DNA of 47,179 bases from Malacoraja senta (Eukaryota). Positions 1 to 11,590 of the stretch are shown in pieces. Numbering within the stretch: position 1 is the stretch's first letter; every line of letters begins with the position of its first letter. The stretch lies in contig JAXLNO010000036.1 in assembly GCA_038087875.1 (NCBI GenBank), forward strand, positions 62,001-109,179, written 5' to 3'. The position numbers and the translations under genes were made by a program. The notes beneath the pieces were generated by a model. The model did not search any database and had not been told where the DNA came from. It saw only the letters and a program-made list of their open reading frames with translations.

Positions 1-886
1 TGGTGAGTCTTTGTATAAACGCAGAGGGTGGTAACTGTGTGGTTAGTGGGTATATAGAACGAGCTGCCAAAGGAGATAGTTGGGGTGAAAACTATCACAA
101 AATGTAAAGACATTTGGACAGGTAGGTGAATAGGAAAGGTTGAAAATAATCAGTGCCATAGCCGGTGTGACTAGTGTTTATGGGGCACATTGGCCGGTTA
201 GTGCCTGGTAACGGAGGGTAACAGGTTATTCGTATGTCCCGTGCTGCGCAGTTTCAGAACTGACCTCGGACTCAATCATTTCCTACCTCATTACATTATT
301 CGTCATTGCCCTATTGTCCAAAACACATGTTCGCCCAGCCATATTTGTACTTGATAAATGAGCTTCACTATTTCTGGGTAGGAGGTACAGTGTATTCAGA
401 TATGTTTGACAGGATAAATTCCATCTTATCTCAGTCACCCAATTCGTATTCTGAAACATTTATCCTTACTAAATTATCCAGCAACCCTTTGTGTATTTCG
501 GTGAATATCCACCCTGTCAAGGCCTCTCAGAAGCGGACATTTATTGTGTCAATAAAATTACTTGTCGTTGTTCCAAACTGCACAGAGTAGACGATCTGAT
601 AAACTGTTGGTCCTTTGGCGGCCATTTTTTCAGAGGGATAAATCTCGACTTCAGTCTCTGCACCGAGCTGAGGACGCGTAGCGTGTTCCTTGAAAGATAT
701 AACGTCAAAGCAGAACAATCTGTGTCCAAGGGTAAAGGGGTAACTACAGAGAGAGTGGGCTCTCATGGATCAAAGTTAGTACAATGGGCAAAACGTATCA
801 TTTGACTGTGCCGAGGTCCACAGCTGGAACGATGTATGATGCGTTGCTTCTGTGAACCATGAGACATCCCGCTGAGTTCGTGGTGT

Positions 887-1072
887 TCTTGGTTCTTGGT
901 TCTTGGTTTCTTGGTCCTCCAAAATATTCCAAATGGAATTTAAACTGGAGGTGGTGGAGGGAGGACTTAAGCCAGAAAGGGTTTTTGGGAAGAAAGAGCT
1001 ACCTTAAATTTAGTTGCATCTGGTTGGGTAACTATGTTAGGGTGAAGACTATTCCATGCTTTAATTGTGCGG
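887..1072 (-). mobile_element. Short 3' end of a LINE (CR1/L2-group) with (AACCAAG)n tail
   Basis: Minus strand reads RTIKAWNSLHPNIVTQPDATKFKVAL, the typical LINE ORF2 C-terminal 'RTI..WN.LP...FK..L' motif. It is followed by a tandem tail seen as tcttggttcttggttcttgg at 887-915. Absent from the paralogous site near 29030. Confidence 0.7.
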
Positions 1073-1550
1073 GAACAATTAAGATGCGAAGGGCATTAGG
1101 TTTTAGCCACGTTTATTGTTATCACATGTATCAAGGTACAATCTAAAACTTGGTTGTGCCTGCTGTCCAAACTGATCAGATATAACATATACAGATTCAA
1201 TTAGTTCAAACACGAGAACACAGAGTGGTGAGTCTTTGTATAAACACAGAGGGTGGTCAGTATGTGGATTCGCACAGGGGTTGGTGGGTTTATAGAACGA
1301 GCTGCTAGAGCAGATAGTTGAGGCGAAAACTATCACAAAATATAAAGACATTTGGACGTAAATGTATGGGAAAGGTTGAAAATGATCAGGGCCAAACATA
1401 GTAGGTGAGACTAGTGGAGATGGGGCACATTTGTCGGTTAGGGCAAGCTGGGCCGATGGTCTATGAATATGTAAATAGATGAAGCAAAGTGGACGATACA
1501 GAGTGCGGAACACAGTTTTCACCATTGTATCGCATCGTTGTTCCTCAGTT

Positions 1551-1915
1551 TGTGAGACAACGCCCAATGCCACAATGGGTTAGAGGCTGTTGTGAGACAA
1601 CGCCCAACGGCACAATGGATTAGAGGCTGTTGTGAGACAACGCCCAATGCCACAATGGGTTAGAGGCTGTTGTGGGACAACGCCCAATGCCACAAAGGGT
1701 TAGAGGCTTCTGTGAGACAACGCCCAATGCCACAATGGGTTAGAGGCTGTTGTGAGACAACGCCCAATGCCACAATGGGTTAGAGGCTGTTGTGAGACAA
1801 TGCCCCATGCCACAATGGGTTGGAGGCTGCTGTGAGACAAAGCCCAATGCCACAATGGGTTAGAGGCTGTTGTGAGACAACGCCCAATGGCACAATCGGT
1901 TAGAGGCTGTTGTGA
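1551..1915. repeat. 40-bp minisatellite, ~9 units (GTGAGACAACGCCCAATGCCACAATGGGTTAGAGGCTGTT)
   Basis: Directly visible tandem units with no unique spacers; same unit as 29321-30460. Confidence 0.97.
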
Positions 1916-2118
1916 AACCAGCAACGTGGCCGTCGGAAACCAGCACCACTGCGTCACTAATGTTTTCTTGGATGATGAATGAATGAAGTTAGAGGAAAAT
2001 TGACCAGAACCACAACGCTGGAGGGACTGTTCAGAGGCCTGGTAACGGAGGGTAACAAGTTATTCGTATGTCCCGTGGTGCGCAGTTTCAGAACTGACCT
2101 CGGACTCAATCATTTCAT

Positions 2119-3780
2119 ACATAGAAACATATAAAATAGGTGCAGGAGCAGGCCATTCGGCCCTGCGAGCCTGCACCGCCATTCAATATGATCATGGCTG
2201 ATCATCCAAATCAGTATCCTGTACCTGCCTTCTCTCCATAGCCCCTGATTCTTAAGCCACATGGGCCACATCTAACTCCCTCTTAAATATAGCCAATGAA
2301 CTGGCCTCAATTACCTTCTGTGGCAGAAAATTCCACAGATTCACCACTCTATGTGTGAAAAATGATTTTCTCATCTCGGTCCTAAAAGACTTCCCCCTTA
2401 TCCTTAAACTGTGACTCCTTGTTCTGGACTTTCCCATCATCGGGAACAATCTTCCTGCATCTAGCCTGTCCAACCACTTAAGAATCTTGTAAGTTTCTAT
2501 AAGATCCCCCCTCAATCTTGTAAATTCTAGCGAGTACAAGCCGAGTCTATCCAGTCTTTCTTCATATGAAAGTCCTGCCATCCCAGGAATCAGTCTGGCG
2601 AACCTTCTATGTACTCCCTCTATGGCAAGAATGTCTTTCCTCAGATTTGGTGAACAAAACTGTACGCAATACTCCAGGTGTGGCCTCACCAAGACCCTGT
2701 ACAACTGCATTAGAACCCCGCTGCTCTTATGCTCAAATCCTTTTGCTATGAATGCTAACATACCCTTCGCTTTCTTCACTGCCTGCTGCACCTGCAAGCC
2801 TACTTTCAATGTCTGGTGCACAATGACACCCAGATCTCGTTGCATCTCCCCTTTTCCTAATCGGCCACCATTCAGATAATAATCTACTTTCCTGTTTTTG
2901 CCACCAAAGTGGATAACCTCACATTTACCCACATTATACTGCATTTGCCATGCATTTGCCCACTCACCAACCTATCCAAGTCAGCTTGCAGCCTCCTAGC
3001 ATCCTCGTCACAGCTAACACTGCCCTCCAGCTTCGTGTCATCCGCAAACTTGGAGATGTTGCATTCAATTCCCTCATCCAGATCATTTATATATATTGTA
3101 AATAGCTGGGGTCCCAGCACTGAGCCTTGCGGTACCGCACTAGTCACTGCCTGCCATTCTGAAAAGGACCCGTTTACTCCTACTCTTTGCTTCCTGTCTG
3201 CCAGACAGTTCTCTATCCACATCAATACTGAACCCCCAATACCGTGTGCTTTAAGTTTGCATACTAATCTCTTATGTGTGACCTTGTCGAAAGCCTTCTG
3301 AAAGTCCAGATATAACACATCCACTGGTTCTCCCTTATCCACTCTACTGGTTACATCCTCGAAAAATTCTAGAAGATTCGTCAGACATGATTTACCTTTC
3401 TTAAATCCATGCTGACTTTGTCCAATGATTTCACCACTTTCCAAATGAGCTGCTATCCCATCTTTAATAACTGACTCTAGCATTTTCCCCACTACCGATG
3501 TTAGACTAACTGGTCTGTAATTCCCCGTTTTCTCTCTCCCTCCCTTTTTAAAAAGTGAGGTTACATTAGCTACCCTCCAATCCACAGGAACTACTCCAGA
3601 ATCTGAAGAGTTCTGAAAAATTATCACTAATGCATCCACTATTTATGGGGATACTTCCTTAAGTACTGTGGGATGCAGCCTGTCTGGTCCTGGGGATTTA
3701 TCGGCCTTTAATCCATTCCATTTATCTAACACCACTTCCCGGCTAACCTGGATTTCACTCAGTTCCTCCATTTCATTTGA
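2119..3780 (-). mobile_element. 5'-truncated CR1 LINE, RT domain and 3' end of ORF2, frameshifted
   Basis: ORFs 2884-3639 and 2252-2944 contain [40 protein letters not shown] and the CR1 C-terminus; tail atagaaacat near 2120. It splits a segment that is continuous at 240-330 and 30600-30680. Confidence 0.95.
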
Positions 3781-4229
3781 CATGATTACATTACTCTTCA
3801 TTTCCCTGTTGTTCAAAAAACAATTTCGCCCAGCTATATTTGTACTTGATAAATGAGCGTCACTATTTTCTGGGTAGGAGGTACAGTGTATTCAGATATG
3901 TTTGTCAGGATAAATTCCATCTTATCTCAGTCACCCAATTCGTATTCTGAAACATTTATCCTTACTAAATTATCCAGCGACCCTTTGTGTATCTCGGTGA
4001 ATATCCATCCTGTCAAGGCCTCTCAGAAGCCGACATTTATTGTGTCAAAAAAATCACTTGTCGTTGTTCCAAACTGCACAGAGTAGACGATCTGATAAAC
4101 CGTTGGTCCTTTGACGGCCATTTTTTTCCGAGGGATAAATCTCTACTTCAGTCTCTGCACCGAGCTGAAGACGCGTATCGTGCTCCTTGAAAGATATAAC
4201 GTCAAAGCAGAACAATCTGCGGCCAAGGG

Positions 4230-4535
4230 GAAAGGGGTAACTACAGAGAGAGTGGGACCTCTCATGAATCAAAGTGGTCACCTCTGTGTGGAGCCACAGG
4301 AGATGTACATGATCCTCAATAAGTATCTCCCCTCTGTATTTTTCGAGGATAAAAACAGTCGGAGGTAGGATCTTGGGACAATCAATGGGAGTTTCTTGAG
4401 AGCAGTCAGTGTTACCGTCGAAGAAGTATTGAAGGTACTATCGTGTATCAAGGTAGACAATCTCCAGGGCCTGGGACATATCCGAGGACATTGTACGAAA
4501 TTAGGGTGGGAATTGCGGGAGCCCTCGTTGAAATG
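4230..4535 (+). mobile_element. Degraded CR1 ORF2 linker fragment
   Basis: Reads RVGPLMNQSGHLCVEPQEM..ILNKY..SVF, then VTVEEVLKVLSCIKVD/SPGPG.YPRTL; paralogous to 31100-31430. Confidence 0.75.
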
Positions 4536-4544
4536 TACGTGGTC

Positions 4545-5858
4545 AAGATGCGGAAGTATGCCATTCGGCCCTTCGAGCCAGCACCGCCATTCACTGTGAT
4601 CATGGCTGATCATCCACAATCAGTACCCCGTTCCTGCCTTCTCCCTATATCCCTTGAATCTGCTATCTTTAAGAGCTCTATCTAACTCTTTCTTGAAACC
4701 ATCCAAAGAATAGACCCCCACTGCCTTCTGAAGCAGACAATTCCACAGATTCGCAACACTCTGGGTGAGAAAGTGTTTCCTCATCTCCGTTCTAAATGGC
4801 TTACCCATTATTCTTAAACTGTGGCCCCTGGTTCTGGACTCCTCCAACATCGGAAACACGTTTCCTGCCTCTAGCGTGTTCAATCCCTTAATAATCTTAT
4901 ACGTTTCAATAGGATTCCCTCTCATCCTTCTAAATTCCAGTGTATACAAACCCAGTCGCTCCATTTGTTCGACATACGACAGGCCCGCCACCCCGGGAAT
5001 TAACCGTGTAAACCATGGGATTATATTATTCGAAAACTAAAATTCATAAAATTTTCCCAAACGTATCATCTATTTGTGATAAATGTCAATCCCAAGAAGC
5101 AACTATAGCGCACTCATTTGTCTTCTGTACAAAAATTCAAAAATTTTGGAATGAAATTTTTGAAATCTTTACAAAGTTATTTAAAACAAGACTGATACCC
5201 AAAGCAGAATGGATTATCTTCGGAATAACGGAAGATGATCCAGAACTAAATGTGTTTCAAAAGAAATTAATGGATTATGGGTTAATAACTGGAAAAAAGG
5301 TAATTCTAAAATTTTGGAAGAAGGCTCCAATACCAACTATAAATATGTGGATTTCAAATATGTTTGAAACACTACACCTTGAAGAGATAAGACTCCTCCT
5401 AGCAGGTAAACCAGATCACTTCCACCTGACGTGGTCTGCATTTATAGAATTATTACAAACATAGGGTGCAAAAGTACTTTAAAAAAATAAAAAATTGAGG
5501 TCGGGTAAGGGGGGATGATAGTTGAAGAGTTGGTATGTCCTATTTACGTGATGCTCAAAAAAAAACATTTGTTTTTCTTTTTTTCTCTCTCTCTTTTCTT
5601 TTCTTAGGGCCTATTTCTTAACTCTTTTTCTTTTTGTTTTTAATTTCGCTCTCATAGGGTCCTCGTCCTTTTTTTTTGTTGTTACATTTTTTACACTTTT
5701 CTACACTTGCACTTTTTCCTTCACTTTCTTCTCTCTTTCAATCTTTTCTTTCTTTAGTGTAAAAAAAAAAAAATAAAGGGAGTACATTAATTGTAAGAAG
5801 ATATAAATGACGAGTATTAATGTATGTGGCTGTGATGTAATGTACTTCTAATAAATAA

Positions 5859-5899
<41 letters not shown>

Positions 5900-6051
5900 A
5901 TGGGAAGAACGTCCTTTCTCAAAATCGGAGACCAAAACTGCACACAATTCTCCTGGTGTTGTCTCTCCAGGGCCCTGTCCAACTGTAGAAGGACCTCTTT
6001 GCTCCTATACTCAACTCCTGTGGTTATGCAGGCCAACATGCCATTAGCTTT
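4545..6051 (-). mobile_element. CR1 3' end fragment, split by an L1 insertion (5021-5897)
   Basis: ORF 4620-4991 (GLSY.E.MERLGLYTLEFRRMRG...RTRGHSLRI...FKKELD) and ORF 5848-6066 (KANGML..I..G.EYRSKEVLLQL). The uninterrupted paralogue lies at 31435-32089. Confidence 0.9.
5021..5897 (+). mobile_element. 5'-truncated L1/Tx1-clade LINE with poly-A and target site duplication
   Basis: ORF 5015-5464 has the L1 C-terminal zinc-knuckle motif CDKC..EATIAHSFVFC. It also has a T-rich 3' UTR, AATAAA at ~5850, poly-A 5864-5897, and AAACCATGGGA duplicated at 5010-5020 and 5895-5905. Confidence 0.93.
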
Positions 6052-6278
6052 TGTGACAATATCCATGTAATTTATGCATATGAGCTGTACTCATTCTCGC
6101 ACATGCTCAGACTTGCGCATATAATTATGTAAATCAGTCAGTGACCTTTAACTTGGAAATACAATTCTTGCCTTTGATTCCTACACGAGTGTGTGTGGAG
6201 CCATCTTTCTCCGTCTAATATGTGCTAGTTTTACCTACATCATAAGCAGACACATATCAAAACATGGTGGCATCGGTG
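6052..6278 (+). mobile_element. LTR (6052-6264, TG...CA) plus tRNA-Leu-type primer binding site (6265-6278)
   Basis: Starts TGTGACAAT and ends ATCAAAACA. Immediately followed by TGGTGGCATCGGTG, close to the complement of the tRNA-Leu 3' end (TGGTGGCAGCGGTG). Second copy at 32090-32318. Confidence 0.8.
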
Positions 6279-6629
6279 AAAGTGAAGATTTGTGGATAAA
6301 ATGGAGGCTATGATGATTAGCAAAAATGCTTAGAAAAGCTTTCAGGAATCAGTGTTTCAATACTCAGCGACCGACTAGCTGCATGCATGAGTGGAATAAT
6401 ATGTAGGCCAGTGAGCACACAAAGATAAGACGCAGTGTGTAAATCAGTGCTGTGGGAGTGCTTAAACATAGCACACGCTGCATGGAAACAGATAAAATAG
6501 TTTTGTTTCAATATATTTTGTATATTAGTAGATGATATTAGAGAATATTACGCAAATTGCGCAGTCGTGCGTTGCGCTTAAAGCTAAACGATACGTAAGC
6601 GATTAAAAGCGACGGGATACTCTGATATT

Positions 6630-7395
6630 TGAATTGAATTGAATTGAATTTCCTTTATTGTCATTCAAACAATAGTTTGAACGAAATTGCGTACCTTGCA
6701 GTCAAGACAGAGAAAAACACACAATCAACACAATTTAACACAAATATATATCACAGTGAATCTCCAGGCAACTCCTCACTGTGATGGAAGACAAAAAGCC
6801 TTATCTCTTCCTTGCTTGTTCTCCCGCTGTGTCGAGGCGATCGACGTTCTCGATGTTGAAGCCCCCGCCGGGTGATGGGTAAATCCCGCGGCCGATTCCA
6901 AGCTCCGCGAAGGGGCCGACTCAAACTCCGCGACCCGGGGCGGACGAAGCCGCCACCCTCCAGTCCAGCTGTTGCAGGAGCTCCCGAAAACCAGTCACCA
7001 AGCAGGGACCTGCGAGCTCCCGATGTTACCGTCCACAGGGCCCGCGGCCGAAGCCCGCGAAGCCCCGAAGTCGGGTCGCAGCCACAGCGCCACCACAGCC
7101 TCCGAAGTCAGCCAGCTCCGCGTTGGGAAGTCCACAGGCTCTGCCACCGGAGCCCCCAAAGTCGATTCCAGTTTGAGGCCGCCAGCTCCCCGATATTAGG
7201 CCTCAGTACAGACGCAGACGGAGATATGACAAGGTAAAGGTCGCATCCCCGTTGAAGGAAGAGATTTAAAAAATATTTCCTCCACTCCCCACATATACAC
7301 AACTAAACATAAACTAAAACATACGTCTAATAAGACAAAATAAAACAAAACAAGACAAAGCCAGGCGACTGCAGGCGAGCCGCAGCTGCTTCCGG
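6630..7395 (-). mobile_element. GC-rich non-autonomous interspersed repeat (SINE-like) with AATAAA and (TTCAA)n tail
   Basis: The tail appears as gaattgaattgaatttcctttattgtc at ~6630-6662. It has a CpG-rich body and T-rich leader; related elements at ~26960-27710 and ~34800-35455. Confidence 0.6.
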
Positions 7396-7536
7396 ATGGA
7401 AGTGGCGGCGCAGGCCAGTTCATCTTTCCACGTGGCTCCACCACCCAACCTAAAGCTCAAAGAGAAGCGGGTGGAAGAGTGGAAAATGTTTAAACAAATG
7501 TACGAAAATTATCATTACATGACTACTGCCCCATAG
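7396..7536 (+). pseudogene. Truncated Gypsy gag N-terminus
   Basis: MEVAAQASSSFHVAPPPNLKLKEKRVEEWKMFKQMYENYH... matches the Gypsy gag 'PPP...W..FKQ.F/Y.NY' pattern. It lies downstream of the LTR/PBS and runs into satellite. Confidence 0.65.
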
Positions 7537-9470
7537 AGTATCTCCCTATCAGTACTACAACACAGCGTGTTATTACATCGGTACTACTCCACACCGTCAC
7601 TCCGTCAGTACAACCCCACAGTGTGTCATTCCATCAGAACTACCCCACAGCGTGACACTTCATCAGTAGCATTACACAGTGTCATTTCATCAGTACTACT
7701 GCACAGTGTGTCACGCCATCAGTACTACTGCACAGTGTGTCTCTCCATCACTACGTCCACACCGTGTTTAACGCCATCAGTACTGCCCCATCGTGTGTCA
7801 CTCCATCAGTACTATCCCACAGTGTATCACGCCAATCGTACTACCCTATATATTGTCATTCCAACCTTACTACCCCACAGTGTGTCTCTCCATCAGTACT
7901 ACCCCACCTTGTGTCCATAACATCAGTACTACCCCACAGTGTGTCTCTCCATCAGTACTACCCCAATGTATGGCCATAATATTAATGTTATCCCACAGTG
8001 TTTCTCCATCAGTACCACCCTACAGTGTGTCCATAACATTAGTAATACCCACAGTGTTTCGTTCCATCAGTACTATCACACAGTGTGTCTCTCCATCAGT
8101 ACTACCCCACAGTGTGTCCATAACATTAGTACTACCCCACAGTGTGTCCATAACATTAGTACTACCCCACAGTGTGTCCATAACATTAGTACTACCCCAC
8201 AGTGTGTCCATTACATTAGTACTACCACACAGTGTTTTGTTCCAGCAGTACTATCCCACAGTGTGTCACTCTATCGGTACTACCCCACAGTGTTTCACTA
8301 CATCAGTACTATCCCAGAGTGTGTCGTTCCATCAGTACTATAAAGTGTGCCATTCCATCCGTTCTGCCCAGTTTGTCACTGTATCAGTACTACCCCATAG
8401 TGTGTCACTCTATCAGCACTCCCACAGTTTCACTACAACAGTACAACCCCAATGTGTGTTATTCCATCAGTACTATCCAATAGTGATTCTCTCCATCAGT
8501 ACTACCCCATAGCGATTCTCTCCATCAGTACTACCCCACAGTGTGTCTCTCCATCAGTACTACCCCACAGTGTGTCTCTCCAGCAGTACTACCCCACAGT
8601 GATTCAATCCATCAGTACTACCCCACAGTGTGTCTCTCCATCAGTACTACCCCACAGTGTGTCTCTCCATCAGTACTACCCCACAGTGTGTCTCTCCAGC
8701 AGTACTACCCCACAGTGATTCAATCCATCAGTACTACCCCACAGTGTGTCTCTCCATCAGTACTACCCCATAGTGTGTCTCTCCATCAGTACTACCCCAC
8801 AGTGATTCACTCCATCAGTACTACCCCATAGTGATTCTCTCCATCAGTACTACCCCATAGTGTGTCTCTCCATCAGTACTACCCCACAGTGTGTCTCTCC
8901 ATCAGTACTACCCCACAGTGTGTCTCTCCATCAGTACTACCCCATAGTGTGTCTCTCCATCAGTACTACCCCACAGTGATTCACTCCATCGGTACTACCC
9001 CATAGTGATTCTCTCCATCAGTACTACCCCACAGTGTGTCTCTCCATCAGTACTACCCCACAGTGTGTCTCTCCATCAGTACTACCCCACAGTGTGTCTC
9101 TCCATCAGTACTACCCCACAGTGTGTCTCTCCATCAGTACTACCCCACAGTGTGTCTCTCCATCAGTACTACCCCACAGTGTGTCTCTCCATCAGTACTA
9201 CCCCACAGTATTTCACTTCTTCAGAAACACCCACAGTGTGTCATTCATCAGTACTAACCCGCAGTACGTCAGTCCATCAGTAATACACCACAGTGCGTCA
9301 TTCCATCAGTACTATCACACAGTGCGTCACTCCATTAGTATAGCACCACAGTGTGCCAGTCCATCAGTAACATACAACAGTGGGCCAATCCATCAGTACT
9401 ATTCCACAGTGTGTATCCCATCAATGTCACCCCGTTGGGCGCCACTCCACCAGTACTACACCACAGTGTG
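7520..9470. repeat. 29-bp minisatellite (CCATCAGTACTACCCCACAGTGTGTCTCT), homogeneous core ~8480-9210, degenerate flanks
   Basis: Directly visible tandem units; explains the repetitive ORFs 7567-9540. Confidence 0.95.
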
Positions 9471-10190
9471 TCAATCCAGCTTAACTATCCCCACAGTGTC
9501 AATCCAGCTTAACTATCCCCACAGTGTCAATGCAGCTTAACTATCCCCACAGTGTCAATGCAGCTTAACTATCCCCACAGTGTCAATCCAGCTTAACTAT
9601 CCCCACAGTGTCAATCCAGCTTAACTATCCCCACAGTGTCAATCCAGCTTAACTATCCCCAAAGTGTCAATGCAGCTTAACTATCCCCACAGTGTCAATG
9701 CAGCTTAACTATCCCAACAGTGTCAATGCAGCTTAACTATCCCCACAGTGTCAATGCAGCTTAACTATCCCCACAGTGTCAATCCAGCTTAACTATCCCC
9801 ACAGTGTCAATCCAGCTTAACTATCCCCACAGTGTCAATGCAGCTTAACTATCCCCACACTGTCAATGCAGCTTAACTATCTCCACAGTGTCAATCCAGC
9901 TTAACTATCCCCACAGTGTCAATCCAGCTTAACTATCCCAACAGTGTCAATGCAGCTTAACTATCCCCACAGTGTCAATGCAGCTTAACTATCTCCACAG
10001 TGTGTCAATCCAGCTTAACTATCCCCACAGTGTCAATGCAGCTTAACTATCCCCACAGTGTCAATCCAGCTTAACTATCCCCACAGTGTGTCAATGCAGC
10101 TTAACTATCCCCACAGTGTCAATGCAGCTTAACTATCCACACAGTGTCAATGCAGCTTAACTATCCCCACACTGCCAATCCAGTTTAACT
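9470..10190. repeat. 28-bp minisatellite (CCAGCTTAACTATCCCCACAGTGTCAAT), ~25 units
   Basis: Period 28 (ttaact at 9481, 9509...). Shares CCCCACAGTGT with the 29-mer; degenerate 29-mers resume at 10190-10370. Confidence 0.95.
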
Positions 10191-10469
10191 ATCACCCCAT
10201 CAGTACTACGCAATGTGACATTCCATCTGAACGATGCCACTTTGTGTCACTCCATCAGTATTTCCCCACTGTGTGTGTCACGCTTTCAGTCTCCCCCACA
10301 GTGTGTCACTCCATCAATAATTTCCAACAGCGTGTCACTCCATTAGTGCTTTCCCCAAACCGCGTCATTGCATATTCCACACAAACGCACACTCACAGGC
10401 ACTCACAATCTCACACACTCACACAATTAACACAATTACCCACCCTTACGCACGGCAATGCACTCTTAC

Positions 10470-10872
10470 ACATAACCATATAACAACAATATAACCATAT
10501 AGCAATTACAGCACGGAAACAGGCCATCTCGGCCCTTCAAGTCCGTGCCAAACACTTATTTTCCCTTAGTCCCATCTACCTGCACTCAGACCATAACCCT
10601 CCAATCCTTTCCCGTCCATATACCTATCCAAATTATTTTTAAATGATAAAATCGAACCTGCCTCCACCACTTCCACTGGAAGCTCATTCCACACAGCTAC
10701 CACTCTCTGTGAAGAAGTTCCCCCTCATATTACCCCTAAACTTATATCCCTTAATTCTCAAGTCATGTCCTCTTGTTTGAATCTTCGCTACTCTCAATGG
10801 GAAAAGCTTATCCACGTTTCTCTGTCTATCTCTCTCATCATTTTAAAGACCTCAATCAAGTCCCCCTTGACC
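10470..10872 (-). mobile_element. CR1 3' end with (TAACCATA)n tail
   Basis: Same subfamily sequence as 38445-38850, which translates as GLDRVD.GKLFPLRVGKIQTRG...FFTQRVVAVWNELP. Confidence 0.85.
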
Positions 10873-10939
10873 TACATACATAAACATCACTCATAAAACG
10901 CTATAGAGACGAGGAAGCAGTGGTAGAGGGCAGAGCTCA

Positions 10940-11590
10940 TTCCTAGGTCCTGGAGTTCGGAGATAGCAACCAGCCCTCTCCCTCCCCCCCCCAACCCCGA
11001 CTGTGGACAGAGCTACACACGGCCACACACACAATGCCAAGCTCAAGCCTGTTCAGACATTTAATATCATAATTATCAATCTTATCCTGGTCTCAAGTTA
11101 TTTTCCATACCTGGTCACATTGGTCTTCAGTTCCCTATTGGCCACAAGAAGCTTCGCTCCAATCCGGTTTGTATTTAATAAATGGGCACCACTGTTGTTC
11201 TGAGGTAGAGTGTACTCGAGATTCAGATATATCCGAGAGAGTAAATTACATCACATCTCAGTCACTCCAAAGTGAATTCATATTCTGATCATCTGATCCT
11301 AACGTAACCATCCATATACCCGTTGTTTAATGCTCTGAAGCTCCATCCTTTCAGGGCCTCGCAAACTCCCACATACCGGCGTCAATTACTGACTTGTTGT
11401 ACCAACTGCACAGAGTAGAGGATCTGGTCAATTATTGGTCGTTTCACAGCCACTTGATGCGAGGGATAAATCTCCACTTCTGACTCTACACCGCTTTAAA
11501 GGGAAGCATCACCTTATTTAAAAGAGTGAGGGCTAAGGCATCATACTCTATGCACCAAGTGCTAGAAAATGCGACCCAGTTATTGGATAG
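10940..11590 (-). repeat. Module A of the duplicated unit: ancient CR1 3' end remnant
   Basis: The minus strand of the copies gives VQR..SRFIP / SSTLCSLEQR / LRGLDRVDI, a degenerate CR1 C-terminus. Paralogues at ~240-720, 3780-4220, 13900-14520, 18150-18250, 18980-19150, 26540-27960 (split) and 30600-31100. Confidence 0.75.

Noticed and set aside
306..805. Repeated Cys-containing ORFs (also 3853-4190, 14221-14502, 30727-30951) suggesting a gene family
   Set aside because: The opposite strand is a degenerate CR1 C-terminus (LRGLDRVDI), and frames differ between copies.
7567..9540. Long repetitive ORFs (SVLPHSVS / ISTTPQCV)
   Set aside because: Translations of the 29-bp satellite in several frames; no splice or domain evidence.
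7520..10370. Immunoglobulin/TCR locus because of CACAGTG heptamers
   Set aside because: No V, D, J or C coding segments and no canonical nonamer found; kept only as a speculative cryptic-RSS note.
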